A stretch of DNA of 64,000 bases from Phyllobates terribilis. Lineage: Eukaryota. The notes under the pieces are model-generated. The model made no database searches and had not been told where the DNA came from. It saw only the letters and a program-made list of their open reading frames with translations. The stretch covers positions 359,538,001-359,602,000 of the forward strand of contig NW_027362763.1 of NCBI RefSeq assembly GCF_046119375.1. Direction: 5' to 3'. The position numbers were made by a program, and so were the translations under genes. Every line of letters starts with the position of its first letter. Position 1 is the stretch's first letter. This document shows positions 60,801 through 64,000 of this stretch, piece by piece.

Positions 60801-63528
60801 GTGGACCTACACCAGCAGATGACATGGCTCCCCAAACCATCACTGATTGTGGAAACTTCACACTAGACCTCAAGCAGCTTGGATTGTGTACCTCTCCACT
60901 CTTCCTCCAAACTCTGGGACCTTATGGAGTATGTCAATGACTGCCTTCTGGACATCTGTCAAGTCAACAGTCTTCCCCATGATTGTGGGGCCTACTTAAA
61001 CAGACTAAGGGACCTTTTTAAACGCTTAAGAAACCTTTGCAGGTGTTTTCTGTTAATTATTCTAATTTACTGAGATAATGACTGTTGTGTTTTCATTGGC
61101 TGTAAGCCATAATCATCCACATTAACAGAAATGAACACTTGAAATTGATCACTGTTTGTAATGACTATATAGTATGAGTTTCACTTTTCGTATTGAACAA
61201 CTGAAAAATTAACTTTTTGATGATAGTCTAATTTAGTAAGCAGGGCCGGCTCCAGGTTTTTGTGGGCCCTGGGCGAAAGAGTCTCAGCGGCCCCTTTAAC
61301 ACATACCACGATTCATGATGCACAGATACCGCAGAGAAATATATATATATAGTACAATGCCAAAGATTTCACTTCTTACATTACATGAGTGATATCTATT
61401 GTAAATTCTACAATAGCTCAGAAACCGGCGAATCGCTCCATACAGGACACTGGCCCCCATATAACGCTGCATGCTGGCTGCTCCACCCACCCCCCAAATA
61501 ATGCCTCATGCAGAACATCCCCTCCCCCCACATAATGCCCCATGCAGTATGTCACCTCTCCTCCCCATATAATGCCCCATGCAGGATGTCACACACCCCC
61601 TCCCTTATAATGCCCCATGCAGGATGTCACACACCCCCTCCCTTATAATGCCCCAAGCCGGATGTCACCTCCCCCTCCTTTATAATGCCCCAAGCAGGAT
61701 GTCACTTGTCGCCCCCCCCATATAATGCCCCATGCAGGATGTCACCTCACCCCCCCCATATAATGCCCCATGCAGGATGTCACTTGTTCGCCCCCATATA
61801 ATACCTCATGCAGGATGTCATTCCCCCCCCCATATAATGCCCCATGCCTCCATACATTAAAAAAAAAAAAAAATCAAATACTCACCTCACTTCTCACCTG
61901 CTGCCGCTGCTCTGGACTCCAGCATCTCCGGCGTCTTCCCGCTCCGCGTTGTGACGGCTCAGAAGAGAGCGCGGTGAAAAGACGTCACCGTGTCCTCTGA
62001 CCTGAGACGTCACAGTACAGCAGCCGCGGAAGAGACCGGAGCTGCTGCGGAGGCACGGGGAGAGCTCAAGTATTGTGCTGCCGGCTGTCGGGGCCCTGAG
62101 CAAGCGGGGGGTGGCGGGCGCTGACACCGCTCTCCTCTGCTCACGGGTCCCATAGCACGGCGGGGTGCCCGACTGTAAGTGGGCCCCGACACTTGCCTGG
62201 GTGTTGACGCCGGCCCTGTTAGTGAGCTGCACCTGTATTTTATACCAACTCCACCAAAATGGACTCCGACTCCACAGCCCAGGTCAGCGCCCACGTGGAA
62301 GAATACCATCGCACCCATATGTGGTGTCTTTCCTACTGATCCTATGATGTGTACTGAGCCTTGGCTTCTGAACATAAGGGGAAGTTCACAGCTGCTTATC
62401 CCCTGACATATTTATGGAGGATCTGGGCTGTATCGCTGACTATGAGTCTATCCCTGGTATAACTGGATCTACGCATCTATGATGTCCCATACAGGCCCCA
62501 GGATACTCACACCAGCGGCCCAGTGTCCCCTTGCAGCTTGATGTAGTCGTAGGTCCCGTTCAGCACACCCTCCACCTCGTCCATGTAGGCTCTCCAGTCT
62601 ATCTCTGTGTCTATGGAGAGAGGGCAGGCGGTGACTGAATGGATCACACCAGGGTTGCGCCCCAGCAAACCACACCCCAGTAGACCAGCCCACACCGGGG
62701 TCACACCCAAACAGATCGTGCCCCAGTATATCGCTCCGGGGTCACACCCCAGCAGATCACACCAGCTGGCGCCCCAGTATATCGCACCAGGGTCAAGCCC
62801 CAGCAGATCACACCAGGTGGCACCCCAGTATATCGCACCGGGGTCACACCCCAGCAGATCACACCAGGTGGCGCCCCAGTATATCGCACCAGGGTCACGC
62901 CCCAGCAGATCACACCAGCTGGCGCCCCAGTATATCGCACCGGGGTCACGCCCCAGCAGATCACACCAGCTGGCGCCCCAGTATATCGCACCGGGGTCAC
63001 GCCCCAGCAGATCACACCGGGGTCACACCCCAGCAGATCACACCAGCTGGCGCCCCAGTATATTGCACCGGGGTCACACCCCAGCAGATCACACCAGGTG
63101 GCGCCCCAGTATATCGCACCGGGGTCACACCCCAGTAGATCACACAAGGTGGCGCCCCAGTATATCGCACCAGGGTCACGCCCCAGCAGATCACACAAGG
63201 TGGCGCCCCAGTATATCGCACCGGGGTCATGCCCCAGCAGATCACACAAGGTGGCGCCCCAGTATATCGCACCGGGTTGCTCCCCAGCAGATCACACCAG
63301 GGACGCCCCAGTATAGCGCACCGGCTCACACTCACATGGGACTCTCTGGATGACCCAGTGTGTGACCACCAGCTCGGCCAGGCACAGGCACACCCCCAGT
63401 AGCGCCGTGTACCGGGGGTCGATCAGAACCTGGAACTTGTTGTCCCATCCCCGGCGCAGACTGTCCATAAGGTTGGAGCGCCCCCCGGCAGGAGCCCCCC
63501 TCCTCCGGGCAGTCACAACCGGAGCCAT
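15670..63528 (-). CDS. ALG3: ALG3 Dol-P-Man:Man5GlcNAc2-PP-Dol alpha-1,3-mannosyltransferase, complete, 9 exons, 1335 nt / 444 aa
   Basis: Exons of 193,100,148,161,121,206,77,145,184 nt splice into one open frame carrying ALG3 motifs ([44 protein letters not shown]) and a C-terminal KKKD ER-retrieval signal. Confidence 0.97.
15939..16083 (-). CDS. ALG3: ALG3 exon 8
   Basis: [29 protein letters not shown]; donor AG|gtatgt. Confidence 0.95.
16084..16946 (-). other. ALG3 intron 7, U12-type (minor spliceosome) GT-AG intron
   Basis: 5' site GTATCCTTAC; branch CCTTGAC (16098-16092) with the branch A 10 nt before the AG. Confidence 0.85.
16947..17023 (-). CDS. ALG3: ALG3 exon 7
   Basis: [16 protein letters not shown]; 77 nt; acceptor tttaatacag. 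Confidence 0.93.
17108..17313 (-). CDS. ALG3: ALG3 exon 6
   Basis: [39 protein letters not shown]. Confidence 0.96.
17633..18293. mobile_element. T2/Kolobok-type fold-back MITE
   Basis: AGGGAACC...GGTTCCCT ends with decayed TTAA flanks; ~320-bp inverted arms, which explain the mirrored ORFs in the track. Confidence 0.8.
18297..22600 (-). mobile_element. decayed L1-clade LINE (ORF1 plus the 5' part of ORF2), approximate bounds
   Basis: RT remnant [22 protein letters not shown] (18318-18539); ORF1 remnant [19 protein letters not shown] (21476-21664); interrupted by the MITE at 19238. Confidence 0.75.
19238..19928. mobile_element. T2/Kolobok-type fold-back MITE inside the L1
   Basis: TTAA on both sides; ~45-bp recognisable TIR and further internal inverted arms. 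Confidence 0.8.
23582..23702 (-). CDS. ALG3: ALG3 exon 5
   Basis: [17 protein letters not shown]; cag acceptor, gtgagt donor. Confidence 0.95.
24035..24257 (-). mobile_element. tRNA-derived SINE (V-SINE-like)
   Basis: Reverse-complement homologue of the copy at 41121, with pol III box A/B and an A/T-rich tail. Confidence 0.8.
25580..28962 (-). CDS. Pol of element A (PR, RT, RNase H, integrase, chromodomain), with one 1-nt frameshift near 26240-26266
   Basis: LDSG protease, YLDD RT, HHCC/DDE integrase, chromodomain EFQV..IDSR...YLVHWKGY; in the -1 frame relative to gag at G GAA AAC (28962-28956). Confidence 0.92.
28950..29789 (-). CDS. Gag of element A (279 aa)
   Basis: LPDRFTG...FREACKLYF retrotransposon-gag region; CCHC knuckle [14 protein letters not shown]. 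Confidence 0.92.
   Translation of the reverse strand: MDPVAGLARQLQSLSMELADVRSKVWHPQEQAGPEPKVALPDRFTGGRDKFFVFREACKLYFRLRPRSSGSEEQRVGIVISLLQGDPQSWAFSLPPGSPALQSVDRFFAALGLVYDDPDRISLAESKLRRIQQGDRPAEEFCSEFRRWATDTQWNDPALRSQFCHGLSDKLQDVLAQYDSPVSLEAAMALAIRVDRRLRERCGITLPPVMTPPPTRSPHMVVPLVSPEEPMQLGGTSFRGRGPVVRHKAGRCFFCGRKGHFIGGCPSRPLQSEESSENC
31455..31580 (+). mobile_element. Penelope-like LTR fragment with a degenerate hammerhead core
   Basis: CTGAAGA-AGGCC-agaata-GGCC-AAAAC (31468-31494; GAAA mutated to AAAA), followed by AATAAA and a CTACTT.AAGTGCC tail. Confidence 0.45.
31931..32042 (+). pseudogene. 18S rRNA 5'-end fragment (pseudogene)
   Basis: Aligns by eye to nt ~1-110 of vertebrate 18S (CCTGGTTGATCCTG.CAGTAG...CCATGCACGTGTAAGTAC...TACAGT.AAACTGC.AATGG.TCATTAAA.TCAGTTA), roughly 80-85% identity. 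Confidence 0.85.
32124..32284 (-). CDS. ALG3: ALG3 exon 4
   Basis: [31 protein letters not shown]. Confidence 0.96.
32696..33586. mobile_element. non-autonomous element with ~35-bp terminal inverted repeats (approximate bounds)
   Basis: AAGTGGGCATTACCAGAGAGG..CACTGGG.GCG versus GCGCCCAGTGAAGTCTCTCTGCTAATGCCGACTT. Confidence 0.5.
34801..34865 (+). promoter_or_regulatory. LTR-B core promoter
   Basis: CCAAT (34803), TATATAAG (34826), predicted +1 G at 34856, 30 nt downstream of the TATA start. Confidence 0.7.
35709..36659 (+). CDS. Gag of element B (316 aa from the ATG after the PBS)
   Basis: MEPGG...[16 protein letters not shown] gag region; CCHC knuckle [14 protein letters not shown]. Confidence 0.92.
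   Translation: MEPGGTQAPSLSDLCLELSRQRSQQEAILGHLRNVNTRLNTLSDPPTTSASAISCNPAAPLPTNTMVSYPGPRLSAPPRFGGDPVQARGFLNQCTLHFELLSYQFNSDRAKIAFIMSHLTGEALAWLNPLWERGDPLVSNLPAFLTAFRKVFDEPGRKTSSASSLLRLRQGSLTVGQYAIRFRTLASELAWDNDALVSVFWEGLSGRIKDELAGRDIPTTLDDLITLATRIDLRFQERAKEVTRERRIPHLAPTFQKPVIPSISPQVHSPEPMQVDQTKMVKTRQDSRRAEGSCFYCGSKEHRIRACPERSGNACV
36641..40129 (+). CDS. Pol of element B, uninterrupted; expressed by a predicted -1 frameshift
   Basis: Slippery G GGA AAC at 36641-36647; LDSG, YLDD, RNase H, HHCC/DDE integrase, GPY/F-like module, chromodomain; no internal stop; reads ~73 codons into the 3' LTR. Confidence 0.95.
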   Translation, partial: GKRLCLGSLREVHLDKNKSSPSLLLSVSIIYGENRYFELAQLDSGAAGNLISQSLVEKYRIPTKPLAVPLSVAAVDGGLLPRPIQLITESITLQVGMLHSESISFHVLPGLSHALLLGLPWLQRHAPVLDWQTGEVLRWGQDCHKTCLVPVHPVCPSPTPANLPGLPIPYWSYADVFNKKEAETLPPHRPYDCPIDLLPGTTPPRGRIYPLSAAETRSMSEYIEENLARGFIRKSTSPAGAGFFFVKKKDGSLRPCIDYRGLNLITVKNKYPLPLIPELFDRLRGARIFTKLDLRGAYNLVRIRQGDEWKTAFNTRDGHYEYLVMPFGLCNAPAVFQELVNDIFRDLLYSCVVVYLDDILVFSPDLQTHRRDVRQVLLRLRQNHLYAKFEKCLFEQTSLPFLGYIISQTGLQMDPEKLSAIEKWPRPEGLKAIQRFLGFANYYRLFIPHFSSRTAPISALTRKGTNPKEWPPEAEEAFLSLKQAFSSAPVLHRPDGNKQFFLEVDASSSGAGAVLTQKSSSGRMVTCGFFSKLFSSSERNYSIGDRELLAIKLALEEWRYLLEGALHPVIIYTDHKNLAYLQHAQRLNPRQARWSLFFARFDFVLHFRPADKNVKADALSRSFLVSDLEEDPKHIIDPTRVMQVAPVSLNRLPPGKTFVPVPDREKILHWGHSSKLAGHAGQKKTLQLITRHYWWPNLHKDVIDFVSACVSCARNKVPRHLPAGRLLPLPVPAAPWQHIAMDFITDLPVSAGCTVIWVVADRFSKMAHFIPLPGLPSAPELAKDFIRHIFRLHGLPRHIVSDRGVQFTSRFWRATCKLLDVTLDFSSAYHPQSNGQVERINQNLTSYLRHFVNAHHSDWVDLLPWAEFSYNNHESESSSKSPFFVVYGQHPRIPFPVSTSADNPAAESLVNKFSSIWESTRSALLLSSERMKRHADKKRLDPPQFRPGDKVWLSSKYVRLKIPSYKLGPRFIGPLEVISQINPVAYKLKLPANLRIPNSFHVSLLKPVVLNSFSKSTGTPPAPVSAEDEFEVENILATKRVRGKTFFLVDWKGFGPEERTWEPRENIHAPLILAKFLSGLKKGGPKGGGTVVPASLPSARQGRCSPHRSAPCPASSPRSAVSARSVPASSSCSALSARSFPAPVLRARVRAPLLLKGPRAPP
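41121..41370 (+). mobile_element. tRNA-derived SINE (V-SINE-like)
   Basis: Box A TGGCTCAGTGG (41124-41134), box B GGTTCAAATCC (41168-41178), AT-rich tail. Confidence 0.82.
42020..42192 (+). mobile_element. 3' tail of an L2/CR1-type LINE
   Basis: Ends ATGGCGCTATATAAATAATAATAATA, a tail related to the SINE 3' ends. Confidence 0.5.
44460..45110 (-). mobile_element. Tc1 transposase fragment (same family as the one at 33940)
   Basis: [28 protein letters not shown] remnant. Confidence 0.7.
45926..48202 (+). pseudogene. DIRS ORF1 (Gag-like; N-terminal C-x2-C...C-x2-C finger), apparently spliced, disrupted
   Basis: Kozak CCACCATGG; intron 45986-46094; CGIC...LCQPC finger; MITE insertion at 46374; stops and frameshifts. 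Confidence 0.8.
46374..47186. mobile_element. PIF/Harbinger-type non-autonomous element inserted in DIRS ORF1
   Basis: TTA TSD (46371-46373, 47187-47189); GGCT...AGCC ends; removing it restores the frame [13 protein letters not shown]. Confidence 0.75.
48199..50090 (+). pseudogene. DIRS ORF2: reverse transcriptase, RNase H and DAM-like methyltransferase
   Basis: ATG overlaps the ORF1 TGA (ATGA); RFKMES, PYLDD, SSNFREL, SDN, ADFLSR and YAFPP motifs; several stops and frameshifts. Confidence 0.88.
50088..51109 (+). pseudogene. DIRS tyrosine recombinase
   Basis: Catalytic R (TSARRVGEL), HSTR and C-terminal Y (TFSKHY) in the 279-aa ORF 50270-51109; the N-terminal part is frameshifted. Confidence 0.9.
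51128..51215. other. DIRS internal complementary region (ICR)
   Basis: Reverse complement of the right end joined to the left end, with 1 mismatch on each side. Confidence 0.93.
52682..52789. repeat. perfect 51-bp inverted repeat with a 6-nt loop
   Basis: Arms 52682-52732 and 52739-52789 pair without mismatch; contains GCC-ATC-GGC-GAAACGCGCG. Confidence 0.95.
52900..54329 (+). mobile_element. decayed DD34E Tc1 element (bounds approximate)
   Basis: ORFs 53082-53423 (paired-like HTH) and 53523-53954 ([14 protein letters not shown], 34 residues, PDLNPIE). Confidence 0.8.
54475..54622 (-). CDS. ALG3: ALG3 exon 3
   Basis: [29 protein letters not shown]; donor AAG|gtaagt. Confidence 0.96.
56314..58958 (+). 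mobile_element. hAT element (DUF659-type), internally deleted
   Basis: TIR CAGGGTGGAT; exact 8-bp TSD CCTGAAAC (56306-56313, 58959-58966); subterminal GATTTAAATC repeats. Confidence 0.93.
56951..58541 (+). pseudogene. two-exon hAT transposase (56951-57152 + 57364-58541), C-terminally truncated
   Basis: BED finger in exon 1; in-frame intron 57153-57363; [21 protein letters not shown] and VRWNS motifs; TGA at 58539 and the final catalytic E region is missing. Confidence 0.85.
60124..62235 (-). mobile_element. internally deleted DD34E Tc1 element with a MITE in one TIR
   Basis: TA-flanked CAGGTGCA...TGCACCTG ends; C-terminal transposase ORF 60394-60873. Confidence 0.85.
61241..62218. mobile_element. 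hAT-type MITE with an internal ~38-bp tandem repeat
   Basis: TIR CAGGGCCGGC; 8-bp TSD TTAGTAAG/TTAGTGAG; TATAATGCCCCATGCAGGATGTCAC units at ~61495-61850. Confidence 0.85.
62511..62610 (-). CDS. ALG3: ALG3 exon 2
   Basis: [33 protein letters not shown]. Confidence 0.96.
62641..63324. repeat. GC-rich 51-bp minisatellite (~11-12 units) occupying ALG3 intron 1
   Basis: Unit ~CAGCAGATCACACCAG(C/G)TGGCGCCCCAGTATATCGCACCGGGGTCACACCC; one shortened unit near 63010; degenerate toward 62641. Confidence 0.95.
63336..63528 (-). CDS. ALG3: ALG3 exon 1 (coding part)
   Basis: ATG at 63528; [28 protein letters not shown]; donor gtgagt. Confidence 0.93.
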
Positions 63529-63729
63529 CAGAGTAAGTGTGACAGCTGCACCGGACCAGCCGGAAACAGGAAGTTGCAGTGCGAGGCCGGGAAGGGTCGG
63601 CTACATACACACAGGACCGGGGACGTGAGAGCAGGACACGTGGATCTAGTGAGAGACAGAGCGACGCCGCTGATAGGCTGCACACAAGCCCCGCCCCCGG
63701 TGATGACGTCACTCATTCCAGAGCTCCAC
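63529..63729. promoter_or_regulatory. bidirectional promoter between ALG3 and EEF1AKMT4
   Basis: Divergent ATGs 201 bp apart; GC/CpG-rich; tandem ETS-like CCGGAAAC/CAGGAAGT (63560-63574), GC box GCCCCGCCCC (63688-63697), full CRE TGACGTCA (63704-63711). Confidence 0.8.
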
Positions 63730-63886
63730 ATGTCGGGCAGGTACAAGGAGTTAGAGTACTGGGACTCCCGGTACGAGGAGGAGGAGCGGCTCCTCACCGG
63801 GGGACATGAGTGGTTTGGGGCGTACCGTGACTTTGCACACCTGGTGAGGAGAGAGCTGCGGCCCCGGACTACAGGACTTGTACTCG
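63730..63886 (+). CDS. EEF1AKMT4: EEF1A lysine methyltransferase 4, exon 1 (the locus also gives the EEF1AKMT4-ECE2 read-through in mammals)
   Basis: MSGRYKELEYWDSRY...EWFGAYRDF..LVRRELRP...LVLG resembles the recalled human YREVEYWDQRY...DWFGDF...ELRPEDRILVLG; head-to-head with ALG3 as in human. The donor gtatcc is weak. Confidence 0.85.
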
Positions 63887-64000
63887 GTATCCAAGCTTAC
63901 TACTAGTCTACACAAATGGCAATACTCTGCATACAGCTGAGGGGGATCCCTATTCTATTCCAGCAGCAGGACCTCGGACGATCCCGGCATGAGTGGAGCT

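Noticed and set aside
61495-63324. CRISPR-like arrays
   Set aside because: The repeats are head-to-tail minisatellites without unique spacers; the context is eukaryotic and there are no cas genes.
62607-63353. 248-aa, 182-aa and related repetitive ORFs ([16 protein letters not shown]...)
   Set aside because: By-products of a 51-bp (17-codon) minisatellite inside ALG3 intron 1; open on both strands, with the frame switching at a shortened unit.
63887-63895. EEF1AKMT4 donor GTATCCAAG as a U12 5' splice site
   Set aside because: It lacks the TT at +7/+8 of GTATCCTT, and the branch point is outside the window, so it cannot be supported.

Overview
This is vertebrate genomic DNA, very likely from an anuran amphibian. 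That call rests on the repeat families and a frog-type 18S variant; the species cannot be determined. The window holds the conserved VWA5B2(+) / ALG3(-) / EEF1AKMT4(+) block: the 3' exons of VWA5B2 (688-15360), all 9 coding exons of ALG3 (63528->15670, 444 aa, one U12-type intron) and exon 1 of EEF1AKMT4 (63730-63886), which shares a ~200-bp bidirectional promoter with ALG3. Most of the remainder is nested mobile DNA inside introns. It includes two young chromodomain-bearing Gypsy (Tf1/sushi-like) LTR retrotransposons, a full-length decayed DIRS1-type tyrosine-recombinase retrotransposon, several Tc1/mariner elements (one DD35E), two transposase-bearing hAT elements, an old L1, SINEs, MITEs, Penelope-like hammerhead remnants and an 18S rRNA 5' fragment. 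The most interesting signals are: (i) both LTR elements lack a tRNA primer-binding site and instead each carries its own 10-nt leader/PBS complementarity, consistent with self-priming, with the two pairs differing in sequence but sharing a GGAGGT motif at the predicted +1; (ii) an in-frame spliceosomal intron in the DIRS ORF1; (iii) crossing poly(A) signals of VWA5B2 and ALG3; (iv) a composite hAT that uses a MITE as its right end. There is no CRISPR array or prokaryotic feature. All homology calls are from memory, not database searches, and coordinates were counted by hand (approximate where stated).
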